The notes under the pieces: generated by a model
What the model saw: only the letters and a program-made list of their open reading frames with translations
Databases searched by the model: none
Told to the model about the DNA's origin: nothing
Program-made: the position numbers and the translations under genes
Virus record (IMG/VR): IMGVR_UViG_3300016469_000321
Direction: 5' to 3' (one strand)
DNA: 64,000 nt
From: an uncultured virus (IMG/VR IMGVR_UViG_3300016469_000321)
Lineage: Duplodnaviria > Heunggongvirae > Uroviricota > Caudoviricetes
Shown: positions 1-10,662 of the stretch, one piece after another
How the letters are laid out: the number at the start of each line of letters is the position of its first letter
Numbering within the stretch: position 1 is the first letter of the stretch

Positions 1-224
1 ACGTCGCGCGCGAGGAAGAACGTCACGCTGGACGCACCGCCGGCGATGGTGTCCATCTCGACGGCGAGGTGCTGGAAGTGCGCGAAGTCGGGCACCGACG
101 CCGTGCGGGGCGCGTTGGTGGTGTCGGCGGTGAGCGTGAACACCTGGTAGCTCGTGGTGAGCGCCGCCTGGTGCTTGTAGCTGATGCCTGCGTGATTGAA
201 GCCGCCGTAGCGTGCAATGGACAT
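1..224 (-). CDS. Hypothetical virion-associated protein, truncated by the window edge (MSIARYGGFNHAGISYKHQ...)
   Basis: Translated by hand. ATG at 224 follows GGGAGG just after the stop of the giant gene; frame stays open to the edge with GC3-rich codons. Confidence 0.75.
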   Translation of the reverse strand, partial: MSIARYGGFNHAGISYKHQAALTTSYQVFTLTADTTNAPRTASVPDFAHFQHLAVEMDTIAGGASSVTFFLARD

Positions 225-234
225 GATGCCTCCC

Positions 235-3200
235 TTAGAATGTTTGAGTGCCTGCGGTCGTGGTCTTCTTCTTCGGTTCCTCGCGCTTCACCGCCTGCGA
301 CGGTGCCGTGAGAGTAACGTCAACACCGGCGTACTTGCGCGCCCAGATCAGGATCTCGCCCTGAATGGTTTGCCGGCCTTGGCTTTCCAGTGGCTCGTCC
401 TCCAGGCGGATCAAGAGGCTGTTCAGCTCACCGAGCGGGCTGTTCTCAAACGCCGTCGCCCATACGCCGCCGGGGATGTAGTACCGCTGCTTCTTCAGCA
501 CGCCGACATCGGGGTACTGCTCCTGAAGTCGCCGGATCTCTGCGGTCTGCTCCGGCGTCAGCGTCGGCAGGGTGCCGTCCTCGTTCACGACGAACGGATC
601 GACCACCGCAGGAAGTCGCAAGAAGGTCGTCCCGTAGAGGTCGTCCATCATCTTGCCGAGCATCGGGTGAACCTGCTTCACACCTTCCGGCGTCGCTACC
701 TCGGCGATACGCTTCGGCGGCGGGCGAGTGAACTTCTCTGCGAGAAACGGGCTGAGAAGCGGCGACCGCTCCGCGTCGACGATAGGCTTGACGACGCTCA
801 TCCAGCCAACCTCGTCGATGCCACCGTCCTCGAGGTCAGTGAAGCCCGTGCTAGACGCGCCCTTCGCCGCGAGCAGGAACATGGTGGCCGCAACCTGCGT
901 GTGCCACTTCATGCCCGCCTCGATGGTGGAGTCCGGCCAGTACAACTCCATGTACGAGTGGTTGTCGCCGAGGAGCGCGTTGTAGGCGCGGACGCCCTCG
1001 GTGCGGGGGAACGGGACCGCAAACCCGGTGCGGTCGCGCATGTACGCCGAGCGCGCCGCCTTGCTAGGAGCCGCGATGGTGTAGGGGGCGAACTTGGCAA
1101 GATCAGCGAACGAACCCACCATGCGGAGGCGCTGGATCTCGGCAGACGCCTCCTGATAGACGCCGCCCTCCACGTCAACGGCGCGACCGGAGAGAAGCAT
1201 CCGCATGGCGCGCTTGTGGTCTTCCGGCGGCCCGTCAGGACCGTAGGCTTCCTCAAACGCCTTGATGATGGAGTAGTAGTTGTCCTGCATCTCCGGCGAC
1301 ATGCTCTCTACGTCTACGCCGTAGTCGTCCGCCACGGTGTTGTAGAGGACGTGGGTCAGGAGGTCGGACGTGCGCTCGCGCGCCCGCTTGACGGCCATCA
1401 TGCGGTAGGCGGCCCACGGGCTGAACAGCGTGTTGAACACCTGGCGGTTGGCGTTCTTCTGGAAGGCCCAGAACGGAAGCAGCATGCCCACCAGCCAATG
1501 GCGGTCGAGTTTCGTCATCGACTGGCTGTAGTCGAAGAGCGCCTTGATCGTGATCTGCGCCGCGGTGCGCGGATCGTACCCGGCCTCCATGAGCGTGACC
1601 ATCGCGCCCAGACGCTCGCGCTCGCTCCACGCCTCGGCGATGTCCGCAACGCTGCTCTCCAAAGAGGACAGACCGTTGTTGACCACGCCTTTGATCGTGG
1701 GGGACGCGACGGTCGCCTTCTTGGCGGCGCTGCCTGCTAGCACCAACTGCCCCTCACGCAGGATGGCGCGCTGGAGCTCGCGCGTATCGAAGGACGAGAA
1801 CACACCCTCCTCGACCGCGATGTCGCGGATGTCCCGGTAGCGGTAGACCTTGCCGCCGACGGTGAAGCCGCCATCGACACCCTCGAGGATCGGGTTGACC
1901 TCGATGCGGTACTTGCTGACCGACATCATCTTGCCGATGCGAGCGGCTCCTCGGTCGCCTAGCTTCTGAAGAGCGGCGCGCAACTTCTCCGTGGCCGCAG
2001 GAGAAAGGATGCCGGTCGCCTTGCCGACCTCAAGGATTTCGCGCACGCCGGGGGTGATCACGAGATCCTGCGCGATGACACGCGCAGTCGAGGCCGCGGC
2101 GACGCCGAAGCCCTCCGTGTACGCCATCGCGTTGAAGTGGTCGACCGTGTTCATCATGAAGTACCGCTGCTTGATGAAGAAGTTGCCGCGGGTCATGCGG
2201 GTCTTCATGTAGCGGTAGCCAGTAGCGAGGGCGTCAGCGGCACCCACGGCCTCGCCCGTGCGGAACTGGGCGCGAGCGAGAACCTGCGCCATGCGGTCGC
2301 GGGCCGCGCGCGGGATGTAGAAGTCCACGTCGAGCGCCGCGTCGGGCACGAAGTCGACGTCGCGACCGAAAGTGTTGAGCATGCGTTCCACACCATCAAT
2401 GTTCTCCGCACCGACCTGCTTGCTGTTTAGGAACCTTGCGAAAGCGGCCTGCGTGTCCTTGTCCACGCCCAGGTTCATGCGGACGAGGAACTGCTTCGCC
2501 TGGTCGGCTCCACCGAACGCCCCGATCTGCACGGCCACGCGGCGCGCGTACTCCTCGCCGTTCTCGCCGTAGGTCTTGCGGATGTCGCCGAGAAGGGTGC
2601 GGACCATGTCCTTGGAGTCGCCCTTGAACAACTCGCCGTCACGGGCCGTCACGCCACCGATGTACGACAGCGTCTCGACAAGCCGGAACTCGTGGCTCGG
2701 ACGAGCCTTCTCCGGCGCGTTGACCGCATCCCGGAGCGCCGCCGCAAGCGCGGTGCCGATGTCCGCGTCCTGCTTCTGTGGGTAGAGCAACTTCCCGATA
2801 GCGCTGTAGAGTGCGTCGCTGGTGGCCTTGCGGGCCTCGTCGGCCTCCGTGAACTTCTCGCCCTCGCGCATGACGAAGCCGAGCGCGACGAGCCGCTCTC
2901 CGCGCGCCGCCGGATCCTTGATGTTGATCGCGTCTGCCATGAGGATCAACGCTTCCTTCTCCTCTTCCGAGAAGGCCGAAACGGCACGCTGAACCATGCG
3001 GTTGACCGCACCCATCTTGTCGTGGCCCGACGAGAGGATCGGGCGCCCCGACACCTTCACCACGTCGAAGTCGCCCGTTAGGTAGCGGAGGAGTTGCGTG
3101 TCGTCCTTCATATCGACCGCGTCGTTGACGAGAGCCACGGTATCCGCAAGCGACTGCTCGACGATGCGTGCCGAGGTGTCCATCGCGCGCCGGAACGCCG

Positions 3201-6200
3201 GAGGCTGACCTGCGAGTTTCGTCTGACCAACGAGCTCGTCAAGGACGTTCCCCCCGAAGAACATGGTGCTGACACCACGCAGTACCTTCTTGGCCTGCTT
3301 GGTCATCAGCGCGTCCGTCTCCTTGTCGGAGAGCGCAGTCCACAGCGCGTCGACAGCGTTGTCCTCCTTGTACACCGCGGCCTTGCCACGGCCCTTGCCA
3401 GTGAGGTCACGAAGAAGCGCCATGCGCGCTTCTGCCTGGGGGAACAGCCGCTTCTCACGAACCGCCTGCGCTGCCGCCAGGTCATCGAGCGTCCACTTGT
3501 CCTTGCCGAGCACCTTGGTGTCGAACTTCAGCACGACGTCCGTGCCCTTCGGGTCACGACCGAGGATCTGCTTGATGTTCGCCTTGGCCTCGTTGACGCG
3601 AGTCGCCAACGTGTCCACGTCGAGCGCACCGAGTCCCTTCCGCTTTGCCTCGCGGGAGAGGACCGTGAGGATGTCCACCTCGGCCTCCGGGCCGCCGAGG
3701 ATGCCGCGACGGACCGCTTCCTTCAGCGACTGGTCGGCCTGCGTCGGCTCGGTGGCGAAGAGGCCATCGAACACCCGGCGCACTTCAGGCTGCAACTCGA
3801 CCCCGATGACCGGATCCTTCACCGCCTTGTAGACGTTGGCGACCGCGTCCTTGAGCTGCGCGAACGCGCCTTCGAGGCCCGCAGGAGCCTTGCCTTCGGC
3901 GACGTACTGCTCAAACGCCTTGGCGAAGAGCTCCTCTGCCTTCTCGATCTCAGCAACGTCACCCGTGAACTCGCCATACTGGTGGCCGACGCTCACGCCC
4001 ATGCCCTGAACCCACGAGGCGATGAAGCCCATGTCCTCGTTGGACAGGAGGTTGCGCCGCACGACGTGCGCCACCTCGTGCAGCACCGTCGAGGCGTCTG
4101 CGCCCTCGAACAGGTAGATGATGCTGGAGCCGTCCTCCAACCACTCGACGGTCCCCTTCACCTCACCGGACGGGCTGACCTGCTTGAGGACATCGGTTTG
4201 ACGTTCTGCCGCTGCCGGGATACCGGAGGGCATCGGGGCTTGCGGCTCGGTAGCAGAAGGAAGAGCGCGTGGAGCGTCCGGCGCAATCTCGACCGTACCA
4301 GAGCGGCCCGCCCTGGCGTATAGACGAGAGCTGACGTCGGCCGCTGCGTCCTTTGCCTTGCGGTACGCATCTTCTGCGTCGTCGACGTACTTCGGCTGCG
4401 TGTAGCCGAACGGATCGTAGCCTTCCTCTTTCGCTCGGCGGCGCGCCGCCGTCAGATCGTCGAGAGCCTTGAACTGCACATCCTTCGCCGCGATGAAGTC
4501 GGGATGCTCCTCCACCTTGACGCGACGGGCCGCGCTACGGCGCCGCGACGGCACCAGGCCGCGCGACTTCGCTTCGTCACTCACATAGAACGATAGCGCG
4601 TCGCGAATGCCCAACTCTCGGTCTGAAAACTCCGCGAGTCGCGCCGGAAGAGTTTCGCGCACGATACGAGATGCCCGAACGCCGTCTTCGCCCGCGGCGA
4701 CGAGGCGCGCTACTTCCGCCCGCGCGAACGCCTTTCCTTCTTCGTAGGCACGTTGCGCCTCAGTGGCCTCGGCGGCTCGGTAGATGTCGCCCTCGCTGAG
4801 CATGTTCGACACCGCCGTGCCGTTGCCCTTGAGCACATCGTCGAGGCCGCGGATGATCGGCGCGTCGGACGTCAATCCAAACGCGCTCTTCACCTTCTCC
4901 ACAAACTCCGTGAGCCACTGCTTTGCCTTGGCGACGAGCCCCTTGTCGACCGCAGCGTAGCGCCCGCTGACGATGCGGCTGGCGTTGACGGCCCAGAACT
5001 CCGAGGGGTTGGAGTACTGGTAGAACGAACGCGGCAGGGTGCCGCCGGTGACGCCCGTCAGCAGCGCGGTAGCGTCGCCCGTGAGCGCCTTCTCCAGGGC
5101 GGGCCGCTGCTCCGGCGTCGCGGTGCGGAGCGCCTTCTGGATCTGCTTCGCCCACTCGTCCACGACGGCCGTCTGAAGCGCCGCAGGCAACATCTGCTCG
5201 GTGTGGTGCAGGATCTCGTGGGTCGCGGTCAGCTCGCTGCCGCGCTCCTTGATGAGCGCCACGACGCGGTCGACGGGTTCGTAGAACCCCGCGACCTCTT
5301 CTCCGATCTGCACGCCGAAGCGCTTCTTCGCTGACTCGGAGGTGAGCACGGCGATGTTGAGGTCGTCCGCGATACGCGGACTCTGCCGGATGAGCCACTC
5401 GGCGAGGTCCGCGCCGGCCTCGTCGATGACGCCCGCCGACTTCGCCTGGAGGAGCTTGGCGCGCGCATCGTCCGCCCCGCGCATCAACTGCGCCTGCGAC
5501 TTCTTGACGGCCCGTTCTACCCTCTGCGCGGCGAGGTCGCGCTTCACGTCACCGACGGCGATGTCGTACTCGACCTGGTCGATGCGGCGCGCGTCGAGGT
5601 CTTCTGCCGCCTTCCGCAGGCGCGACTCCGCCGCGACGACAAAGCGCTTCGGCGTGTTGCCCCACGGCGACTTGGCACTACGAGCGAGCGGCTCGACGCT
5701 ACGCAGGATGGTAGTTGGTGCGGCCTCCGCGCCCAGCGCGGCTTCCGGCTTCGGCACCTTGGCCGGACGCTGCGCCGCTTGCAAAATTCGGTCAACAGCG
5801 TCACGGATGTTCGGGTCATCGACGGGAGGCGGCGGCGCCTTCTTCGGAGGATCCGTGATAGGCCCGGTAAACGCGGTGGGCTGCGACTCAAAGTCAAGGA
5901 TCTTGAGCCGTCCCTGATCGTCAATTCCCATGTTGTCTACACGGAAGATGTCAGACCAAAGAGCGCTCTCTGCTCGCGTTGCGTCTGCGATCCGCGCAAA
6001 CTTCTCGTTGTTACGTAGCAGCGTTATCGCGTCGATAACTGCGTCGGGGTCAAACGCGAGTCGCCACTCGCCAGGCTTGATCTCGACGCCCTTGCGGGTC
6101 GTGGGTGGCACCCAGCGCAGCATAAGGTCGAGCACTTCTTCCGGGGTCTTCGCTGTACTGAGCGCCAATGGATAGTCGAAGAGCTCGCCCATAGATCCGA

Positions 6201-9200
6201 GTGGATCATCGGCAGTCGGAAGGAACCCACGGACAGTCTCTTCGGGAATCTCTGGAAACTCTCGGCGGAAGGCAGCGATAAAGTCATCCGCTGTCACGCT
6301 GCTAAGCGGCCGAACGCGCTCCATTACCCCAATGGCCTCGCCGCTCTTATCAGTTATCTGCACGCCAGCGGTCACAAGTCCAGGATACTTTTCCGCGAAG
6401 GGAACCTCCTTCGCGCCCACCTTGAACACAAGCCCTGGGTAGTCCGGGTGCGTCATCGCCTTAGACGAGCCTGTCAACTTGTCGGTGAACCCGTTCTTGG
6501 AGGCGTCCCGCCTAAAAGAAGTATTCTTGATCAAGTCTTCCGCAGCAGCGGGGACGACTACAGGGACAGCGGGGGCGGAGACAGTAGGAGTCGGGGCTGC
6601 GACGGCGCGTGCCCCGGCGGCGCTCGGCCGGATCGTAGGCTCTTGGCCGCCGCGCAGATATTCCCTCAACTGCCGCTCGCGGGCTTCTACGGTTTCACCA
6701 GAAACCGGCAAACGCCGATCTCCGATGCGGATTTCCATAGGCGCAAAGCGCGTGGTCGGAGTAGGTGGCGCGATTTCTTCCTTTGGCATCGGCACTGGCG
6801 TAGAGTCGGAGACGCCCAAGCGGCGCGCTTCCTCCATTGCCTCCGCTATGGACAATTCGCCCGACTGTATGCGGGCAGTAATTTCATCCACCACACGCTG
6901 GACATCTTCGGGCGACAGCGGCGCAGTCGCGACGGCAGGGGGCGGCGTCGGCGCCTTGGCCGTAGGAGCCGCGGCAGAGGCCGCGACAGTAGGCGTCGTG
7001 GCTTCGACGCGAGGCGCGGGGGCAGCACGCTGGGCTGCCGCTCGTGCGCTGCTCTGAGCGTCGAGCAGTCGCTCGCGCCTGCGGCGGAGATCGGTAGTCG
7101 CATCCTCAAGCGCCTTCTTCGCGGCACGTTCAGCGCGAATGGCTGCTTCCTTTGCGTCGACGGCTTTCGCCAGCGCAAGGCGCGTCGCGTCCTTCTCTTT
7201 CAGGGCAAGCGCTTTCTGATGCGCGCGGTCGAACGCGATCCTCGCATCTCGCTCGGCGCCGTTCGTCAAGGCTGCGTTGCGCGCCGCCTGGCTAGCCTGC
7301 GCCTGCGCCTGCTTCAGCGTCTCTTCTGCCGCACGCAGCAGGTCTTCTGCTTCCTTGACGGGATCGACACGCGGAGCCGGCGGGATCTTGGTGACTGCCG
7401 GCGCGGGCGCCTCGCCCTTCTCTCGCGCAAGACCCTGTAGGATCTCCATGAGGTCGGGCGGCGGTCCACCTTCCTTCCCTGCAAGCGCGGGGGCCGGCGT
7501 CGGTGCCTCGGCCGCCGAAGCCGCAGGAGCCTCGGCAACCGGGGCCGGAGCAGCCTCGGCCTTCGGTGCTTCAACCGGGGGTGCCCCGGCCTTCGGCGGG
7601 CGGGCCGCACGCCTGCGCGGCGTAGGAGCCGGGGCGGGCGCCGCCTCCACGACAGCCGGAGCGGTGGGCGCCGGCGGCGCGGTCACTCGACGGAGGTTCT
7701 CGATCTCCATCTCCAACTCGCCTTGGCGGAACGCATCGCCGCTCTGGACGGCCTCCTCCAGTTCGGCTTCAAGTTGCGTGATGCGCTCCGCGTCGGTCGT
7801 TGCCACCTTCTTGGCCTCGCGCGCACGGCGCGCCTTCTCGAGCTTGATGGCGTCGAGGGCGTAGGCTTCGCCCTCCTTCACGCCGTCGGCCCGTAGCAGC
7901 GCCTCGATCTCGTCTAGTTCCTCGTCGCCTAGGCGAAGCACCATCTCGCGCAGCTTCAACTTGGCACGAGCGATAGCCGCCTTCGTCGGCGCGGCGGGGG
8001 CCGTAGGAGCGCCGCCCGCAGGCGCACCTCCGGTCGGCACCTTGCCTGCCTTCAACTCTCCGGCGAGACGCTTGAGGTCTTCCGGCGTGCCGCGACGGAT
8101 GGCGGGGAAGATCTCCTGGTACAGCGCGAACGGGCTGACCTCGCGGGACTTCGCCGCGCCCTCGATCATCTTGTCGATGATCGTGATGGTGGCGTAGGCT
8201 TCCTTGAAGTCCTGCTCCGGGAACGCCTTGCGGAGATGGTGCAGGAGCAGGAGGCCGCCCGACGTGAGCCGGATCGGCTCGCCGCTCTGCAACTTGGGGG
8301 CCACCTCGTCGAAGAGCTCCAGCGGCTCGACGCGCAGGCGGGCCGTGCTGGCGATCTCGTCGCGCAGCAACTGAGCCGCAACGCCGCGCGCGGTGTTGTT
8401 CTGCTCGATGGCCTTGAGGGCGCGGTCGAAGAGGCCGATGTCGGCCGCCTCGATCTCCTCGATGGTCTTGCCGCGCATCTCCGCGATCTTCGTCTCGGTG
8501 CGCCCGCCGATGGCCTTGTAGGCGTCCTGCCGTGCCATCTTGTAGGCGTCGGTCCCGAACTCCTTGTCGGCCTTCAGCGCGCCCTCGACGGCAGCCTTGA
8601 ACTGCTTCTGGTCGAGAAGGGCCGTCGGTGCCTGAGCGGAGATGAGGTCCGCCATGCGCGTGACCTGCGCCGCGCTGAGCTGACGCTCTGCCGGAAGGTT
8701 CTCGAACACGTCGAGGACGCGCCCGCGCACGTACTCCTTCGCGTACTGGGAAAGAGAACGACCCGACTTCCTCGCGTTGACGTACTCGGTCTTCGCCTTC
8801 TGCACGCGGTCGATGAGCCGCCGGGTGTCGTACAGCTCGGCGTAGTCGGCCTGCTCAATGCTCGCCGGACCAGTGACGGCCTTGCGGTCAGACGGGTGCA
8901 GGAACGGACGACCTGCGAAGACCTTGGCCTGCTCCGGCGCGGCGTTGGCGATCAGCGCCGCTAGATCCGTCTCGAGGATGTCGGACTGCGGCTCGGCCAA
9001 CTTCTGGAACCGGGCGACAGCCGCATCCGAAGAGTCGAGGTTCGATGCCACGTCGGGCATGGCGTTGCGAAGCGTCTTCTCCGCCGCGGCGGCCGTCTCA
9101 TAGTCTCCGGCCTTGCGCGCCCGTGCGATGGTTTCAAGAAGCGCGACGGCTTCCGGTGCGATCTTGCGCGCCTTGATCGTGCGGCTGGCAGCCTTCACGG

Positions 9201-10560
9201 CCTTCACGGCTTCTCCCGCGCCTAGAATTGCGTCAGGGAACAGGATGGAGGCGACAAGACTCGTGGCTACGACAGGCGCCTTGACATAGGCAGCCGAGTC
9301 CTTGGTGGCGTCGAGGCTGTACTCTAGTAGGTTGGCACCAGACTGAACGCCCTGCCCGACCGTCTGCCCCGACAACCCGGCCGTCACAGCGGACTGCGGG
9401 ATGTCGATAGCGCGGAACAGGACGCCCATCGGCGACTCCTGCCGGAAAATCGCCTGCCGCTTGTTGTTGAAACCGATGATCTCGATGTTCGGCTTGAGCG
9501 CATCAAGGACGCCAGGCGAGGCGCGACCCTCGCGGACCTCGACGTCACCCAGCGTGACGACGGGCGTCCACTGCCCGACCGTCTTGTAGGCGATGACCTC
9601 GTTGATGGCGCGCTTGCGGAGCGCGGCCATCTTCTCCATCGCGCCGACGTCGTTCACCTTGATGTTCGCGCGCTTGCGAAGATCCTCGACGCGCTGGTCG
9701 ATGTACTTCTGCGTGTTGCCCGTGGCGATGGCCCGACCGTAGAGGTCGTAGGCGGTCACGGCACTCGGATCCTTCTGGAGTGCCTCGACGAGGAGCTGGG
9801 CGACGGCGTAGCCGTGCTCGCCAGGCTTCGCGACCTCCGGCAACTCAGTCCACGTACCCATGACGGTGTAGCCCGCCATCGCACCGGCGGGACCGAAGCC
9901 CCTGTCCGCGCCAGAGCGCACAAGTTCGATGGTGTCCCCGGCATCTCCCGTCTGTGCCTTCTCGACATCCTGGGCGAGCTTGTTGAACGCCTGCTCACGC
10001 GCTTCAATCGGCATAAAGCCGATGACGCCGCGCTCACGCGCCGCTCTGGCGATCTCGTCGTAGGTGCGGCCCTTGTTGCGGGCCTTGACGATGGCGTCGA
10101 GGTCGACGCCCTGCGCCTGCGCGATGCGCTGGAGCTCGTCCGCGGACATGCCTAGGTCGCGCGAGGCAAGACGAATCGCAGGCTCAAGGTCTGGCAAATA
10201 AGCGTTGTCGAAGACCTTCTCATAGTCGATGACGCGCGCCACATCAGGCGGAAGCACCAACTTCGGAGGCGCGACGGCTTCGGGTGCCTTGGCCTCCTTC
10301 GGAACCTTGACTTCCTTCGGCGCCTTGATTTCTTGCGGCTTCGGCTTGACCGGCTCGACGACACGAGTTACCAGAAGGGCAGGCGGGGCTGCGCTTGGCT
10401 TTGGGAGAGCCTCCATGCCGGTCGGAGCGGCGGGCTTCGGTGCGGCGGTGGCGCGGGCCGTCGTAGGTGCAGGTACGGCAACGGGCGCCGGAGCAGGAAC
10501 GGACTGCGCCTTCTCCAGTTCTGCCATCCGAGCCATCGTCTCTTCGTAGGTGCGTGCCAT
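235..10560 (-). CDS. Giant (3441 aa) polyvalent internal virion/ejection protein with two HEXXH zincin-like domains and a kinase-like domain
   Basis: Lies after tail and internal-protein genes. Motifs THEILHH..PSEFWA, VLHEVAH..EELFAKAFEQY and VFKV..MERV..DIFRVDN..LKILDF, separated by Ala/Pro linkers. Confidence 0.8.
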   Translation of the reverse strand: MARTYEETMARMAELEKAQSVPAPAPVAVPAPTTARATAAPKPAAPTGMEALPKPSAAPPALLVTRVVEPVKPKPQEIKAPKEVKVPKEAKAPEAVAPPKLVLPPDVARVIDYEKVFDNAYLPDLEPAIRLASRDLGMSADELQRIAQAQGVDLDAIVKARNKGRTYDEIARAARERGVIGFMPIEAREQAFNKLAQDVEKAQTGDAGDTIELVRSGADRGFGPAGAMAGYTVMGTWTELPEVAKPGEHGYAVAQLLVEALQKDPSAVTAYDLYGRAIATGNTQKYIDQRVEDLRKRANIKVNDVGAMEKMAALRKRAINEVIAYKTVGQWTPVVTLGDVEVREGRASPGVLDALKPNIEIIGFNNKRQAIFRQESPMGVLFRAIDIPQSAVTAGLSGQTVGQGVQSGANLLEYSLDATKDSAAYVKAPVVATSLVASILFPDAILGAGEAVKAVKAASRTIKARKIAPEAVALLETIARARKAGDYETAAAAEKTLRNAMPDVASNLDSSDAAVARFQKLAEPQSDILETDLAALIANAAPEQAKVFAGRPFLHPSDRKAVTGPASIEQADYAELYDTRRLIDRVQKAKTEYVNARKSGRSLSQYAKEYVRGRVLDVFENLPAERQLSAAQVTRMADLISAQAPTALLDQKQFKAAVEGALKADKEFGTDAYKMARQDAYKAIGGRTETKIAEMRGKTIEEIEAADIGLFDRALKAIEQNNTARGVAAQLLRDEIASTARLRVEPLELFDEVAPKLQSGEPIRLTSGGLLLLHHLRKAFPEQDFKEAYATITIIDKMIEGAAKSREVSPFALYQEIFPAIRRGTPEDLKRLAGELKAGKVPTGGAPAGGAPTAPAAPTKAAIARAKLKLREMVLRLGDEELDEIEALLRADGVKEGEAYALDAIKLEKARRAREAKKVATTDAERITQLEAELEEAVQSGDAFRQGELEMEIENLRRVTAPPAPTAPAVVEAAPAPAPTPRRRAARPPKAGAPPVEAPKAEAAPAPVAEAPAASAAEAPTPAPALAGKEGGPPPDLMEILQGLAREKGEAPAPAVTKIPPAPRVDPVKEAEDLLRAAEETLKQAQAQASQAARNAALTNGAERDARIAFDRAHQKALALKEKDATRLALAKAVDAKEAAIRAERAAKKALEDATTDLRRRRERLLDAQSSARAAAQRAAPAPRVEATTPTVAASAAAPTAKAPTPPPAVATAPLSPEDVQRVVDEITARIQSGELSIAEAMEEARRLGVSDSTPVPMPKEEIAPPTPTTRFAPMEIRIGDRRLPVSGETVEARERQLREYLRGGQEPTIRPSAAGARAVAAPTPTVSAPAVPVVVPAAAEDLIKNTSFRRDASKNGFTDKLTGSSKAMTHPDYPGLVFKVGAKEVPFAEKYPGLVTAGVQITDKSGEAIGVMERVRPLSSVTADDFIAAFRREFPEIPEETVRGFLPTADDPLGSMGELFDYPLALSTAKTPEEVLDLMLRWVPPTTRKGVEIKPGEWRLAFDPDAVIDAITLLRNNEKFARIADATRAESALWSDIFRVDNMGIDDQGRLKILDFESQPTAFTGPITDPPKKAPPPPVDDPNIRDAVDRILQAAQRPAKVPKPEAALGAEAAPTTILRSVEPLARSAKSPWGNTPKRFVVAAESRLRKAAEDLDARRIDQVEYDIAVGDVKRDLAAQRVERAVKKSQAQLMRGADDARAKLLQAKSAGVIDEAGADLAEWLIRQSPRIADDLNIAVLTSESAKKRFGVQIGEEVAGFYEPVDRVVALIKERGSELTATHEILHHTEQMLPAALQTAVVDEWAKQIQKALRTATPEQRPALEKALTGDATALLTGVTGGTLPRSFYQYSNPSEFWAVNASRIVSGRYAAVDKGLVAKAKQWLTEFVEKVKSAFGLTSDAPIIRGLDDVLKGNGTAVSNMLSEGDIYRAAEATEAQRAYEEGKAFARAEVARLVAAGEDGVRASRIVRETLPARLAEFSDRELGIRDALSFYVSDEAKSRGLVPSRRRSAARRVKVEEHPDFIAAKDVQFKALDDLTAARRRAKEEGYDPFGYTQPKYVDDAEDAYRKAKDAAADVSSRLYARAGRSGTVEIAPDAPRALPSATEPQAPMPSGIPAAAERQTDVLKQVSPSGEVKGTVEWLEDGSSIIYLFEGADASTVLHEVAHVVRRNLLSNEDMGFIASWVQGMGVSVGHQYGEFTGDVAEIEKAEELFAKAFEQYVAEGKAPAGLEGAFAQLKDAVANVYKAVKDPVIGVELQPEVRRVFDGLFATEPTQADQSLKEAVRRGILGGPEAEVDILTVLSREAKRKGLGALDVDTLATRVNEAKANIKQILGRDPKGTDVVLKFDTKVLGKDKWTLDDLAAAQAVREKRLFPQAEARMALLRDLTGKGRGKAAVYKEDNAVDALWTALSDKETDALMTKQAKKVLRGVSTMFFGGNVLDELVGQTKLAGQPPAFRRAMDTSARIVEQSLADTVALVNDAVDMKDDTQLLRYLTGDFDVVKVSGRPILSSGHDKMGAVNRMVQRAVSAFSEEEKEALILMADAINIKDPAARGERLVALGFVMREGEKFTEADEARKATSDALYSAIGKLLYPQKQDADIGTALAAALRDAVNAPEKARPSHEFRLVETLSYIGGVTARDGELFKGDSKDMVRTLLGDIRKTYGENGEEYARRVAVQIGAFGGADQAKQFLVRMNLGVDKDTQAAFARFLNSKQVGAENIDGVERMLNTFGRDVDFVPDAALDVDFYIPRAARDRMAQVLARAQFRTGEAVGAADALATGYRYMKTRMTRGNFFIKQRYFMMNTVDHFNAMAYTEGFGVAAASTARVIAQDLVITPGVREILEVGKATGILSPAATEKLRAALQKLGDRGAARIGKMMSVSKYRIEVNPILEGVDGGFTVGGKVYRYRDIRDIAVEEGVFSSFDTRELQRAILREGQLVLAGSAAKKATVASPTIKGVVNNGLSSLESSVADIAEAWSERERLGAMVTLMEAGYDPRTAAQITIKALFDYSQSMTKLDRHWLVGMLLPFWAFQKNANRQVFNTLFSPWAAYRMMAVKRARERTSDLLTHVLYNTVADDYGVDVESMSPEMQDNYYSIIKAFEEAYGPDGPPEDHKRAMRMLLSGRAVDVEGGVYQEASAEIQRLRMVGSFADLAKFAPYTIAAPSKAARSAYMRDRTGFAVPFPRTEGVRAYNALLGDNHSYMELYWPDSTIEAGMKWHTQVAATMFLLAAKGASSTGFTDLEDGGIDEVGWMSVVKPIVDAERSPLLSPFLAEKFTRPPPKRIAEVATPEGVKQVHPMLGKMMDDLYGTTFLRLPAVVDPFVVNEDGTLPTLTPEQTAEIRRLQEQYPDVGVLKKQRYYIPGGVWATAFENSPLGELNSLLIRLEDEPLESQGRQTIQGEILIWARKYAGVDVTLTAPSQAVKREEPKKKTTTAGTQTF

Positions 10561-10662
10561 CTACGTCACTCCGATGGCGCATCCTATCACGGAAGACACA
10601 CGCGCGCCCGTTCGCATCGTAGAGTACTCCACGGCGACCGGGCGTCAGCGTTGGTGGTGTCT

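Noticed and set aside
217..4323. Long + strand ORFs opposite real genes (e.g. 217-1740, 3094-4323; also 13731-15341, 42584-44581, and minus-strand 26601-28538)
   Set aside because: Antisense shadows expected from high GC3 codon bias; no RBS, no motifs, and typical shadow composition.
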